Positions 25,922 through 40,806 of a DNA stretch of 64,000 nucleotides are shown here, piece after piece. How positions within the stretch are numbered: the first letter of the stretch is position 1; every line of letters starts with the position of its first letter. Made by a program: the position numbers and the translations under genes. Origin of the DNA: Octopus vulgaris (taxonomy: Eukaryota); contig OX597825.1 in assembly GCA_951406725.2 (NCBI GenBank), positions 16,244,001 through 16,308,000 on the forward strand, given 5' to 3'. Under the pieces are notes generated by a model. It was not told the DNA's origin and searched no databases. It saw nothing but the letters and a program-made list of their open reading frames with translations.

Positions 25922-28910
25922 ATATATTGCGGAACGATTTTCATTAGTCTTCTACTAATATGTAACATGGAAAGGTGTTGTACCTAGTTTTAGTGTCGGT
26001 TATGAGACTTCTTCTCAAACAAATTGTATCATCTGTCCGTCATGTGATAAGTGACTAACGATTTATCTATGAAACAAGTGAGATACTCGTGGAGATAAAA
26101 CCGTTCACTTGAAATATATAATTAAAACAAACCCCACAACCCAGTTATAGTATTAATTTAAGAAGAAAGTAGCCCAGGCGATTTGTAGTTTCATCAATAA
26201 CATGGACACTTGCTCAGCAATAGATTTGTGGTTCGAGTTTCATCAGTGATTATGTGGGTTTTTTTTTTCTGTCTCAAATTGATGCATAGATCAGATATAG
26301 TTAATATTAAAATATTAGCCTTGAATATGTTGTTTGTTGTTACTGTTTTTGTTGCACCTACTTTTCTTTACTACAGGATTGTGAAGGCGTGTGGCCTAGT
26401 GGTTAGGGCGTTGCACTCGTGATCGAAAGACCTTAGTTTCTATTTCTGGATCGGGCGATGCTTTATTTTCTTGAGAAAACCACTTCATTTCACATTGCTC
26501 CAGTCTACTCGGCTGTAAATGAATACCCCTGCGACGGACTAACGTCCCATTCAGGAAGAAGGTTGCGATCTCGGTCCCTTATACGCCTTGGAAATCGGAC
26601 AACCGGCCCTATGGGTTTTAAGATTTGAGACAGTGATGTCCAAGGGTTGATGGTGATGAATTGTTTGCCAAAGATAAGATTTGAACTCAGTATCTACCAA
26701 ATATAAATTGGTGGCAGTGAATACGTTGTATTATCACAGTATCAAGTGTTGTTATTCTGCCCACGTCGGCTCTGCTCCGGCAGACCTAAAACGAAAGGTG
26801 TTTACGTCATTTGCGAACTGACAGAGTCTTGAAAGTGTCGGCTAGAATATTTTGCAGTATTTGTTCCGGCTCTGCACTTTGAGTTCAAAACACATCAAGG
26901 TCAAGGTCAACGTTGCTTTCATACTTTGAGGTCGATATATAAAATACTGGTCTAGTATTGAGATCGATTCTTCTCTCTCAGAATCAGCTACGTCGTTCTG
27001 GAATGCCATGGGGGACATACACGTCTTATCTTCACAAATGGGAAAAAGACTGAGAGAAGATTCTACTAAAAAGACAAAAAAAACTGATACGTTTCTGGAA
27101 TCGTTCAAGTAAGCATTTTTTAGTCGCCCTTTTCAAGCCTAGCCAGACTCATGGGCCCGGTTTCCCGGTTTCTGTGGCGTTTGTGTTCCCTCCAGCTGGA
27201 CGGGATGCAAGTCCATCGCAGCGTTACTCAAGAAACAGGAAGAGAAAGTGAGAGAAATCTGTGGTGATAGAGTACAACAGGGGTCGCCACCACCCCCTGC
27301 TGGAGTCTTGTGGAACTTTTAGGTGTTTTTGCTCAATAAACACACACAACGCCCGGTCTGGGAATCGAAACGGCGAGTTCGCTGCCCTAACCACTGGGCC
27401 ATTGCGCCTCCATCAAGTAAACATAAAAGGAAATAAAGAAGATTTCAATCATTTTATACATACATTGTGTATAGAGGACTACTTTATCTAGTATGCCCTT
27501 TTCTTTTTCTTAAACGGTGGGTGTTGGCTTTGGAACTGTTAGTTTCTATTTGTCGCGGGTCGAACGACTGCGCAGAGGTTCCTTTATAACCTGTCAATCT
27601 TAGTTGCTATTTTAAAAATCTGATTCATTATCTGAAATCGTATTGATCTCCGGTGTATTGATCTTCTTGATTATCAAAGAATCCGGTGACCATCCGTTGA
27701 CTGGGCCAATGTGGAAAGCAGTGAAATAAACTAAAAGATAATAGAATAAAATATAGGTTAAAAAAGTGTATGTGTGTCTGCGCGTGTGAGAGGGACTCGC
27801 ATTATATTCGAGAATTTTGGAGAGGTTCAGAGGTGAAGATTTTAGTGTTTAGAAGTTTTAAATTTCGTTATTGACGACAACGTAATGAAAGATGTAAAGA
27901 ATGGATTTTACGAAGGTACTAGCTGGATAAGAAATTTAAGTAGACGTTATATCTTTGATACTTGCCCTTCTCGTGGTAATTCAAGTTGAGTTTAAAAGAT
28001 CTTCTCTACGAACTCTTATCAACTAACTGTTGCCAATCCAGTCAGATAGTCAATAATTTTCTCGGATTTATTCAAGATAATACCCGAATTATATCTTTGA
28101 CAAAATTTCGGAGGTGAAATGATAATATATTACAGTGATTTGATTTGTCACGGAGAGTAAAAAAAAAAAAACCGAACGTTTCTGAAAATCATCCTTCACC
28201 AAAGAGGAAAAAGAGAAAGAAGAAAATAAGTTTTAACACGACGGAGTTTTTCTTGAATTCCAGGTTTTACTTATAGCCTTGATAATATTGATACATCGAA
28301 ATTAGGAGCTGCTTGTGTATTTTAGCGAAGCAAGAGAATACAAGTCTTGTGTCAATACTGATTATTAGCCCCAGGTCAGCATTAATTAAGCAAATCTACG
28401 AGCCAAAGTGTTCATTTCTCATATATATACACACATCTATTTTTTTATATGTAACATATCTAGGTCTACATTATCCGATGTAGTACCACATATAAGACGG
28501 TGGGTGTGATTTAAGGGACGATCTGGCTGCTATTTTTAATTGAATAATAGTTAAAAGATGGCGTGTTGAGTGAACAGTTAGTGCAGTAATAGGTAGGTGT
28601 GTAGTTGTTTTATCAGTTTTCAGAAGTTTATTTGCTGGTAGAGAGTTCGTAGTTTGGAAGAGAAACAAAGACCCCCCCCCAAAAAAAAAATCATTAACAA
28701 ATGATTTTAGATTTTTTTTTTTGTATTTATGATATGCCTTGTATATAGAAGAAACACTTTTTTCATGTATAATATTCTCTCATTTTACATTGGAGAGACA
28801 TTTTTGTAGGATGTTTTTTTTACTAAATTGAAATTTTGTAATTTGAAAGTTTTCATTGCATTCTCAGTAATGTTACTCCATCCGCCACCTTTGTGGCAAT
28901 AATAAAGGAA

Positions 28911-28969
<59 letters not shown>

Positions 28970-29339
28970 TCTGTTGCTTTCTCTCCCTATTTACCTATTT
29001 TGTCTTTTTTGCATAATGAATTCTGGTAAACACATTTTTTTGAAATTTATTCTTGTAACATCCCCTTCAAGTACTTTTGTGACAAATAAAACATTATTGT
29101 TATTACTAATATTATTTATTATAAAGGCGGCGAGCTGGCAGAATCGTTAACACGCCGGGCGAAATACTTAGCGGCATTGCGTCCGTCTTTACGTTCTGAG
29201 TTCAAATTCCGCTGAGGTCGACTTTGCCTGTCATCCTCCGGGATCGATAAAATAAGTACCAGTTGAACCCTGGGGTCGAGGTAATATAGTCATACTCTCC
29301 CCCCAAATTGCTGCCCTTGTGACAAAATTTGAAATTATT

Positions 29340-29389
<50 letters not shown>

Positions 29390-31163
29390 CATCATTATTA
29401 TTATCCTTATTATTTATTTATTTACCTTTCATTTATGCAGGATCAATACATATACATAAATACCTGTCAACTATGGATGTAATCCACGAATCCCTATCCA
29501 AATTTTGGGCCTTGTTGGGTTAAAAAATCCTTATTAAAATATCATCATTTGAAATGGCGTATTTTTGTCGAGGTCATCTATGAAATCCTCAAATCCAACA
29601 ATTCATTTTCAATTCCCGGTTACAGTAACCTTACGTTGCGCTAACCTTTGCAAAACGTATCAAAATCACAACGTCCTATATTATTTCCGTTTTTTTTTCA
29701 AAGATCTCGCTCTTCATATCGTTATAAAAAGTCGATAATCTTTTGTTGTTATATCATGGTAAATGTGTCTATTTTTTTTAGATATTTTTCCCTGCCATTT
29801 TTTTTCCTGTTCATGTATGTTTAGGTTTGCTTTATTTTCTAGAATATGGAAGAAATTTTTGATTTGTTATTTCAAATTACATCAATAAAATGTATATAAA
29901 AGTATTGTGTTTCAAGCGTTTTATTTCTCTGTCTATCTGTCTGTCTGTCGCTCATTATTTGAGAGAAATCAAAAGGATTTGTTCGCAAGAATAACAACAA
30001 CAATGCATTATATAGTTCTTTTCCTACCAACAGAAAACAAACCTCTTCCGATCTTGTTGGTATCATAATTCAATAATGATTACGCAGTACATGGCAGAAT
30101 TTGGACTTGAAATATAATAGTTCTTAATTTTGATCAATCATGATAAAATTTGAATAATGTGTGGTAGAGATTGATAATATATATTTTCTTGTTTATGAAG
30201 TCGTTTGAATAATGTATTGTTATTAAAGTCACTGCTGTAAAGTAGATAATGGTTAGCAATAGACAGCAAAGTTAGATAACGTACTGGGTTTATTCTGTTG
30301 AGCAAGATGCTAAAATTGAAGAGAGAGAGAGACAATCGCTTGATCATGGCTGCCAAGTATCGGATGAAACAACTAAAAAAGAAGAGAGACTGGGAAGACG
30401 AACTGCTCGAATTGTTTGGTATCGTGCAAATGATTTACGAAATAAAAATAGTTTTGATTTCCGTTTATAGAGTTAACTTGACTGATGTATTACTAGTTTT
30501 TGATCGGCGTAAACGATACACACGCGATAGATCGGTGAAACTAAAATGTCAGAAGCCAAATGAGTCGTTACATATTCTGTGATAATAAAACAATTTTTAT
30601 AGGTTCCTCGAATGTACGGCTTAAATCTACTCGATCAGGCTGAGGTGTGACAGAAAAGAAAAAAAGAAAATTAGTAAACAATTACTGCGTGGCTGTGAAT
30701 ATAGGCGCAGGTATGACAATCAGCTTGCTTCCCAACCACATTGTTCCGGGCTCAGTCCCATTGCATGGCACCTTGGGAAAGTGTCGGGCCGACGGAAACT
30801 GAAAGAAACTCATCATGTGTGTGTGTGTGTGTATATATCTATGTGTGTGTGTTTGTCCCGCCTCACCGCTTGACAACCGGTGTTGTCGTATTCATGCGTA
30901 TTCATGTCTCCGCAACTTAGCAGTTTGGCAAAAGAGTCGAAACGATAAATACAAGGCTTAAAAGGAAGCAACCCCCCCCCAAAGAAACAGAAATAAGTGC
31001 TGGGGTCGATTCCTTCGACTTCATCAAGGTTCACCAAGGCAGTGCTCCAGCATGGCCACGGTCTGATAACTGAAACAAATCAAGAGACGAATGACAGCAT
31101 TTCTCTGAGTAACAAAGTCATCTCTTGCCAAACGAAATTCAGGTTACGTAATTCATGTGTATA

Positions 31164-31338
31164 CAATAGAGTAGCTAGAAAGTGTGCCACCCGGGGAGGC
31201 ACTTCAGTTTGCCGCCTCGGGCCTTCACAAAAAAATAGACATTGACTACCGTAGACCCAAAAGTGGTACCTCCCCACAACCATGAAAATGCCGTCCGGGG
31301 TGGACCCTCATCTCCTCCTCTCTCTAGCTACGCTAGCG
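31164..31338. mobile_element. hAT-like MITE
   Basis: TIR caatagagtagctag / ctagctacgctagcg; near-identical 8-bp flanks tgtgtata / tgtgtgta. Confidence 0.5.
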
Positions 31339-32399
31339 TGTGTGTATAAATGCATGACAACGAATTTCTGATGGAACCAGAATGCCAAAAATAATCAAGA
31401 TTCATTTTTATTCCCTGTATGACTTAAATGAATGGCAAGCTAAGCATTTCCATTCTCGTACTGAATTGCCATTCCCGTAGACTTTCGAACTTGCAGCATC
31501 TAACAAGAATGAGGAAGAAGATAATATATACACTTTATAAGGCGGCGAGCTGGCAGAAATATTAGCACGCCGGGCGAAATGCTTAGCGGTATTTCGTCTG
31601 TCGCTACGTTCTGAGTTCAAATTCCGCCGAGGTCGACTTTGCCTTTTATCCTTTCGGGGTCGATTAAATAAGTACCAGTTACGCACTGGGGTCGATATAA
31701 TCGACTTAATCCATGTGTCTGTCCTTGTTTGTCCTCTTTGTGTTTAACCCCTTGTGGGTAGTAAAGAAATAGGTATTTTGTCTGCTTTTACGTTGTGAGT
31801 TCAAATTCAGCAGTGGTCAGCTTTACCTTTCATCCTTTCGGGGTCGACTAAATAAATACCAGTTGCGTACTTGAGTCGATCTAATCGACTGGCCCCCTCC
31901 CCCAAAACTTCTGGCCTTGTGCCTAGAGTAGAAAAGAATATGTACACTCTATAAACTGAACATACAGACAAATAATACAATTTAAAAACGAATTCTATAA
32001 AGACAAAGATCCAGGTGTAGTTAGTACACAGCAGTTTACGATAACAGAAAATAATGTATGTTATCTTTGTCATAAGATCAGTCTACAAGCTAGAGAAAAA
32101 CCAGCTGTACCATTGTATGAAAGAATGTACAAATAATGAACTGTTCATTCTCAAATAATATATTCAGAGCAGGGCCATTGTTTAGTAAATATCTCATCAT
32201 TCAGACAAAAAGAAGTGTAGTTCCGTTATTTCTCTTCGGTGGCTGTGTGGTTGAGGTGGGGCAGTTCGCTTTGCAACCACGTGGTTTCGAGGTCAATTCC
32301 ACTGCGCAGTACCTTAAGCAAGTGTTTTCTTCTACAGCGCCGGGTCGACAAATGCCTTGTGAGTGAAATTGGCAGATGGAAACTGTGAGGAAGCCTGAC

Positions 32400-32415
32400 A
32401 TACATACACACATAC

Positions 32416-32471
<56 letters not shown>

Positions 32472-32512
32472 GTATATATATATATATACATATAAGCATA
32501 CACACACACATA

Positions 32513-32560
<48 letters not shown>

Positions 32561-32753
32561 TACACACATATATATACATACATAAATATACCTACATATA
32601 TGCATAAATATACATACATATATACATAACTATACATATATATATACATAGATACACAGATATATACTTATATATATATACACATATATATATACACACA
32701 TATATATACATACACATATGTATATATATATATATACATACATATATACATAC

Positions 32754-32784
<31 letters not shown>

Positions 32785-33295
32785 TATATATGTATATATA
32801 CACATATATACATACATATCTCTCTCTCTCATCTATCTATGTATCTATGTATCTATCTATCTATCTAAACTGCCCCACGAAGACTTACTGCAAGGAGGTA
32901 TATAACTACAATGAAAAGAATATCTACGTAACGCTTTACATGTTAAAACACCTCCCAGCCTCTCTGGAAAATTCAGCAGAATTTAATACTACTCGCTATG
33001 TACATAATATTTTGTAAATCCTTCATAATGAATGCAGAACTCTTGCAACTATGAGTACAAGATGACCTTAGGAGGCTTATTTTTGATCAGCCATCAAGCA
33101 GAAAGAAAAATATTAGGGTATAAGTAAAAGTGAACATCAAATAGATCAATACAAAATATGGTTCTCTTTAAATTTACTTCCATCACAGAACATTTATTAG
33201 TGAAATACGAACAGGACGAACATATTTTATGTTTACAATATTTATTGCTTGTGTGTATTTATGTATTTTACGCTTACAGAGTAACGAATGAATAT

Positions 33296-33347
<52 letters not shown>

Positions 33348-33779
33348 ACAGAGACACAGACACAGACACATACACATATACACATACGAAAAACAGATGT
33401 ATAAAATCATGTTAGGGATTTATGTGTATGTTTACATATATACTTATGTGTATGTGTGAGTATACAGTCGTGTACATGTATGCATATATACTAAGAGGTA
33501 TACACGTATATATATATATATATATACGCACACACATATATATACATACATATATATGTATGCATATAGAGCTACATAGTTGCACATACATATATTCATC
33601 TATATATATATGTGGATGGTGTCTATACATATACCTGCATATGTATACATGCATACTCAGACATATACACGCATCTATATAACACACCCACACACACATG
33701 CACACGTGTATATGCACACATATCTATATATATAATTATGTATACATAAATATATATTCAATTGCGTATACATATATAC

Positions 33780-33834
<55 letters not shown>

Positions 33835-33947
33835 TGTATACACACGCACGCATATATATATATATATATATATATATGCAATTGTGCATACGTATACATG
33901 TATATATATGTATACGGATATATATATATATATATATATACACACAA

Positions 33948-34026
<79 letters not shown>

Positions 34027-34516
34027 TATATACATATATGCGTGCGCATACAAAAATTACATATATACCCATATATGTGAATTCATAGATATATAAAGAA
34101 TTTAGTTACAACAAAACTCGTTAAGACTCTGCCTCATTATCCGATGTGCCCCAGAGCTTGCCAGTTGAGTACTACAGGAGAGCAACGTAAACTTTGATCT
34201 TGGCTTCCACAATATATCAACCATTCCAAATTATGTCGAACAACTTCCGAAATTTTACTTTTGCTCTTAATTTTCGTCTTTGACATTAATGCTGCCAAAG
34301 TTGCTGCTTTGAAATTATGATGATTAAAGTTGTATACATACATGTATATGTATATACATACATATATGCATGCATGCATACATACATACATATATACATA
34401 CACGCACACATATATATATATACATACATATATGCTTACATATATATAAATATACATACATATATATACATGCATATACATACATACATACATACATACA
34501 TACATACATACATACA

Positions 34517-34552
<36 letters not shown>

Positions 34553-34620
34553 CATACATATATGCATACATATATATATACATACATATATATACATATA
34601 TATATATACATACATGCATA

Positions 34621-34661
<41 letters not shown>

Positions 34662-34931
34662 ATACATGCATACATATATATATATATATTCATAAATACG
34701 TATATATATATGTATATATACATAAATATATTTATGTATAAATGTATATATATATATATATGTATATATATGTGTATATATATTTGTATATATATATATG
34801 TGTGTGTGTATATATAGATATATGAGTATATATATATATGTATATATGTGTTTATATACATATGTATATATGTATATATGTGTATATATATATATGCATA
34901 TATATGTATATATGTATATATATGTATACAC

Positions 34932-34976
<45 letters not shown>

Positions 34977-35178
34977 AAATATATGTGTGCGCATGTGTGT
35001 ATGTGTGTGTGTGTTTGTGGCAATGTATTTGTGTGTATATACGTACATTGCGTGTGTAGACGGTCGTCAGAGTGATTTAGTAATTTTTCACGGAAATGTT
35101 TATAGTGGAAAATGTTTTCTGTTATAGAAATTTTTTGTATAAATATGTTTACCCTATTTTTTTCTATATTTTAGACAT

Positions 35179-35245
<67 letters not shown>
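32400..35245. repeat. Extended (TA)n/(CA)n/(TACA)n microsatellite fields with short unique islands
   Basis: Direct reading; source of many YI/CV-repeat ORFs. Confidence 0.9.
34140..34320 (-). mobile_element. Possible highly decayed RTE-like LINE RT fragment
   Basis: Minus-strand [13 protein letters not shown] resembles the RTE motif TKIKVYxAxVLSTLLYG; heavily interrupted. Confidence 0.3.
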
Positions 35246-35251
<6 letters not shown>

Positions 35252-35419
35252 TACAGACAGAAGATATATTTTCTGCTAAATTGTTTTAAACAGGCTACGA
35301 ACAAACTTAACACTATTTATATGTTAACAAATTGTGAATTCAAAACATCAGTCTCCTGAAGATCGGGAACGAGGAACTTGGAATTGCAACTCACGCACGC
35401 AGACACGCACACACACACA

Positions 35420-35474
<55 letters not shown>

Positions 35475-35759
35475 CAAATGCACATACGCATACACGTTCT
35501 GAGTTGAAATTCCGCCGAGGCTGGCTTTATATATAATACATAACCAAGGCACTACAAAATGTATGACACATGTATAATAAATAGCAATATTGACGCTGAT
35601 AATTGTTTACTTCTGTGGCATAGATATCTCTGCCTTTAGGTTGCAAAATTTGCGAATTAGCCACCTGTATTATTTATAATCTTCGCTTTTACCGTTTATG
35701 AAATCAGCGTATGATTTCAACGGAGATCTTTACAAACTGACAAAACGAGATCCGTTTAA

Positions 35760-35855
35760 CCCTCGGCGCAGTGAGAGCTACTGATGAGCATTAAGATGCG
35801 TTAAGCATCAGAATGTGAAACCATCGGTGATCTAGCTCTCTCTGCGACCGTAGGG
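35760..35855 (+). ncRNA. Type I hammerhead ribozyme (near-intact)
   Basis: Stem I CCCT-CGG-CGCAG-t-GAGAGCTA pairs with TAGCTCTC-t-CTGCG-a-CCG-t-AGGG. Core CTGATGA (35781-35787). Stem II GCATT-aa-GATGC-gttaa-GCATC-ag-AATGT. GAAA (35817-35820). Short stem III closing on ATC, predicted cleavage after C35832; one C-A mismatch at positions 15.2/16.2. Confidence 0.8.
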
Positions 35856-35983
35856 GGCTTGTCTCCCTTGTCAGCTCATTAAGATAGGGGTTTTTGTGGC
35901 TATTGAGTTGATTAGTGCCGTGTTCACTTTAGTGATGTATACATACATACATACATACATACATACATACATACATACATACA

Positions 35984-36041
<58 letters not shown>

Positions 36042-36043
<2 letters not shown>

Positions 36044-37225
36044 AAATGGGTTAAGAACGCAAAACATCCGGACAACTAGGTGATACTTAAAGGAACAACA
36101 AAACATTCAGATAGACGATACAAAAAAAAAACAAGGATGAGTTATTCGAAGCTTTCTATCCTCAGTTAAGAACCAGATCATCCTCGCAATTTCGGCTGAT
36201 TAATCTTGAGATTGCGCCAATCTGGCCAGCCCCAAGGAAAAACTAAGCTAGGAGCATTAGATTCCTTGGAAGAAAGCATCAAATGTATACAAAAACAAAG
36301 ACGGAAAAACAGACAATGTTACACAAATATAATACAATAAATTCAATAAAAATAATAAAAATAATAACAGGACATAACAACAAGTGTCTTTCGACTGGGG
36401 AACTGAATTAAGCTGGCGCGTGTGGAACTCTGCCGTAATGCTTCATTTCGCGATCTTAGATGAGATGCTGGAGCTCCAGATTCGGTTATACCAAAAGACG
36501 TCATGGTTTTTATATTTTCGGTTAGGTCTGTTTGTCTGGGTACTTGGGGCGGCAATTGGATTTTGTAGCGTTAGGTGTTTAATTTGTTGTCTATTACAAG
36601 TTTTCTGTAACTCATGGTTGATTCTAATATGTCTGGATTTGGTTAGTCTTATCTTATGGTCTGGGATTTTATTATCTATTTTTTTTACAAGTGTGTAGTT
36701 TTTGTTGTGTTTGGTAAGGTTGTTATAATGAATCATATTATTACTAGTTGAGTTATAAGAGTTATTATTATTACCACTACGACTAGCATATTGGATTTTC
36801 TCACGGTATCCGTCCTTAGCTAAGGCTGAGTTATGATAATGTGCATGTATGTTGAATATATTTTCTTTGCGAGTAACCTGGATATTCTAGCCGAGATGTT
36901 ATTTACGCGTCTCCTAATTATAGATGGTGGATGATTAGATCCAATATTAATGTATTTTAGGTTCTTATTAGGTTTATGAAATGGTGCGTGTAGACAGCAT
37001 CCAAATCAAAAGTAGCATCTAAAAAGTTGATTCTACGGTATTTTTAAAACACTTTAATAGAGATTTTGTGTACTTTTCGTGCTGGACTTTGCTACATCTA
37101 TGTAGGAAGAATAATGCGTCCTCCCTGTATAGCCCCACCCCAATCAATCTTGGAATATATAATTGTATCTGGGATAGGATCCGCCTCAATAGATTCAGTT
37201 CGATCCTCTCCTACAAGGAAAAGGT
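36042..37225 (-). mobile_element. Degenerate Penelope-like retroelement (RT/thumb fragment plus 3' region)
   Basis: The minus strand translates, with frameshifts, VGLYREDALF (decayed YxDD), RINFLDATFDL and PFHKPNKNLKYINIGSNHPPSII...ISARISRL, the NFLD...KP...SNHP signature of Penelope RTs. Confidence 0.85.
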
Positions 37226-38429
37226 GACGTTAAAATGACGATGATGATGATAATGATGATATATATGTATATACGTATTGCATCTTTTACTTGTTTCAGT
37301 CATTAGACTATGGCCATGCTGGTGCACCACTTTCAAGAATTTAGTCGAACGAAACGACTCCAGTACTCATTTGTTTTGTAAAGCTTGGTTCTTATTCTAT
37401 CGGTCTCTTTTGCCGAACCGCTACTTGACGGGGATGTAAAAGAAAAAACCCAACACCGGTTTTCAAACAGTGATGGGGGAACCCCCCCCCCACCACATAT
37501 GATATGCGACGGATTTTGTTCAGTTTCCATCAACCAAATCCACTCACAAAACATTGCTTGGCCCGGGGCTATAATAGAAGAGAAGGTTGGTGAGCTGGCA
37601 GAATCGTTAGCACACCGGACGAAATGCTTAGCAGTATTTCGTCTGCCTCTACGTTCTGAGTTCAAATTCCGTCGACTTTGCCTTTCATCCTTTCGGGGTC
37701 GATTAAATAAATACCAGTTACGCACTAGTAATTGACTTAAATTCTTTGTCTTAAATCCTTTGTCTTTCCTTGTTTGTCCCCTCTATGTTTAGCTCCTTGT
37801 GAGCAATAACGAAATAAATATAATAGAAGAGAAGATAATATGGTACCTTGCGGAGGGATTGAACCCGGAGCTATGTGGTTGGAAAGCAAACTTCTTACCG
37901 TACTGTCACGACAGCACATATGCGTATACAAATATACATTTTCCTAAAACATTTCTGAGACGAATTACTCACGATAACTATTATTGATTTATCTCTAAAT
38001 TATTTTAATAATGATCAAAACAATTAAATTATTAGACTTCGACAACAAAGCTAAATTAATAAGTAAGCATTATTCAAAATTAATATACTAAAATTATACT
38101 CCACTTAGCTTCTCAAGTTTTCTCATAAAGGCAATATCTAGTTACGTATCGATTTTTTTCAAAATATACCTGCCGTTGAATAAACGTTCTTATATTTACA
38201 ACATATACTATAAAAACAAAACTAACTTGTATTTCTACTAAAACAATTTGTATCATTAGTGACATGTCTGGCTTTCACTCGGAGACACTGTTTTTTTTTA
38301 TTAATTTTAAGCAATTTTAAACGACTGAAATATCGAGTTTTTACTATATTTCACTGTTTTGTTGTCACAGAATCCGTTCCAGTTTAGATTATACATACAC
38401 ACAAACAGATATGTAAATGTGCGTGTGCA

Positions 38430-38464
<35 letters not shown>

Positions 38465-39030
38465 CTGTGTGAATATGCACACGTGTGTATACATGTACAT
38501 TTTTATATATGCAGACTTTTTTACACACACACAAGTAAATGCGTGTGTGTGTGTGAGTGTGGGTATATGTACACACACATATTTATATATGTACACAATT
38601 GTTTATATATATATATAGATATATATATATATGTGTGTGTGAATATATATATACACGTATGTGTAAATGTAAGTATATATATACTCACACACATATGCAT
38701 ATATATTTTTACCCTGCATTTTGTATATATATACATACACACACATATGCATATATATTTTTGCCCTGCATATATATATATATCATGATGGTTTGTTGCC
38801 AACTTAATGTGGCAGACCCATGAATGGGAAAAATGCTGCTGTTATTTAGCCCCAGGAAACATCGTTTCCATTTGGCTATGTGACACAAGCGTTCTGTGTC
38901 TTTAAGTTTTCAAACAGGGGAGATAAGCACCTCCACCCAGCAAAACCAGCATTCAGAGACTAGTTTCGGAGTCATTGCCCGTACTGCTAGTGTATAAGTC
39001 TCTCCGAGAGATTTAGAAATGAAATATTTC

Positions 39031-39089
<59 letters not shown>

Positions 39090-39216
39090 TGTCTTTAGAA
39101 AAGCATAAATCCGGAGAAGCACACTCTAAGAAGTAGAGCAGTCCACACACACGCACACACAGACACACACACGCACACACAGACACACACACATCTGCAC
39201 ACATGTACACATGTGC

Positions 39217-39286
<70 letters not shown>

Positions 39287-39288
<2 letters not shown>

Positions 39289-39631
39289 CGCAGGAGTGGC
39301 TGTGTGGTAAGTAGCTTGCTAACCAACCACATGGTTCCGGGTTCAGTCCACTGCGTGGCATCTTGGGCAAGTGTCTTCTGTTATAGCCCCGAGCCGACCA
39401 ATGCCTTGTGAGTGGATTTGGTAGACGGAAACTGAAAGAAGTGTGTGTGTATATGTTTGTGTGTCTGTGTTTGTCCCCCTAGCATTGCTTGACAACCGAT
39501 GCTGGTGTGTTTACGTCCCCGTCTCTTAGCGGTTCGGCAAAAGAGACCGATAGTATAAGTACTGGGCTTACAAAGAATAAGTCCCGGTGCTCCAGCATGG
39601 CCGCAGTCAAATGACTGAAACAAGTAAAAGA

Positions 39632-39632
<1 letters not shown>
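39287..39632 (+). mobile_element. SINE family A (tRNA-derived), near-full copy
   Basis: Head ggcgcaggagtggctgtgtggtaag...ggttccgggttcagtcc (A/B-box-like); tail gtgctccagcatggccgcagtcaaatgactgaaacaagtaaaagag. Roughly 20 copies or fragments in the window, e.g. 1-135, 3358-3768, 17345-17668, 40063-40477, 57635-58197, 59005-59383, 63942-64000. Confidence 0.9.
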
Positions 39633-39668
<36 letters not shown>

Positions 39669-40062
39669 TATATATAGATACGCATTTGTATATATATTTT
39701 TCATATATATATATATAGAGAGAGAGCTAAAAGTAGCGCTAGTGTTGTAAACATCATCGAACGTAATAATACTCAATGTATGTGTTTTGTTTGTTCGCCG
39801 ATTCTCGGTGGTATAAAGCCTGGGGGACAACTCTCGTCATACGCTGGGCGTAAAACGTCTGAAAGTCGTAGACAGGGGAGACAACTCACCTTAGATCCCA
39901 TTCTGGATTGAAGGATACTGACATTTCACCATATGTGTGGCTCATCAACATATCGTACGTGAATCGAAACGGAGACGAATCGAATCGCCAGTCCATTCAA
40001 CTTAATCTTGCGGATGTATCGCTGTGGCATACAACCAAACGGTTTTGACACCATTTATTCAT

Positions 40063-40477
40063 ACTCTTTACTCTTTTACTCTTTTACTTCTTTCAGTCAT
40101 TTGACTGCGGCCATGCTGTAGCACCGCCTTTAATCGAGCAACACGACCCCAGGACTTATTATTTTGTAAGCCTACTACTTATTCTATCGGTCTCTTTTGC
40201 CGAACCGCTAAGTAATGGGGACGTAAACACACCAGCATCGGTTGTCAAGCAATGCTAGGGCGACAAACACAGACACACAAACACACACACACACACACAC
40301 ACATACATATATACGACGGGCTTCTTTCACTTTCCGTCTACCAAATCCACTCACAAGGCTTTGGTCAGCCCGAAGCTATAGTAGAAGACACTTGCCCAAG
40401 GTGCCACGCAGTGGGACTGAACCCGGAACCATGTGGTTGGTAAACAAGCTACTTACCACACAGTCACTCCTACGCCT
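40063..40477 (-). mobile_element. SINE A, full copy
   Basis: Reverse-complement match to 39287-39632 with a (ctctttta)n tail; forms an inverted pair with it. Confidence 0.9.
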
Positions 40478-40806
40478 CAGTCAAGTTTTAAAAACCGAAA
40501 ATTATCCAAAAACTTACAATACTTAATCATATCACAGGGAAATTGAAATTAATTAAAATTTTCGTTTCCAGTGGTGTAACGTGTAAAAATTTAGTCCAAA
40601 GACTGTGTATTAGTCATAAAATACAGTGTACATTTGAATACATAAGGAATTCACTCGTGGATTCTGTCAGCTTGTCGATTTTCGACCGGAAAATAATTAA
40701 AACAACAAACACATTGAAGATTTAGAATAAATCTAGGTAACAGTTGGCTGTTGTTAGATTCGAACTTGCCGATTTTAGCTGCTGTTAGATTCGACTTGAA
40801 ATTAAT

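Noticed and set aside
26982-27108. Plus-strand exon candidate (xSATSFWNAMGDIHVLSSQMGKRLREDS...)
   Set aside because: The acceptor lies at the end of a decayed SINE, the peptide is unrecognised and no partner exons were found.
30298-30582. 94-aa ORF MLKLKRERDNRLIMAAKYRMKQLKKKRDWEDELLELF...
   Set aside because: No recognisable domain or signal peptide; an overlapping frame is also open for much of its length.
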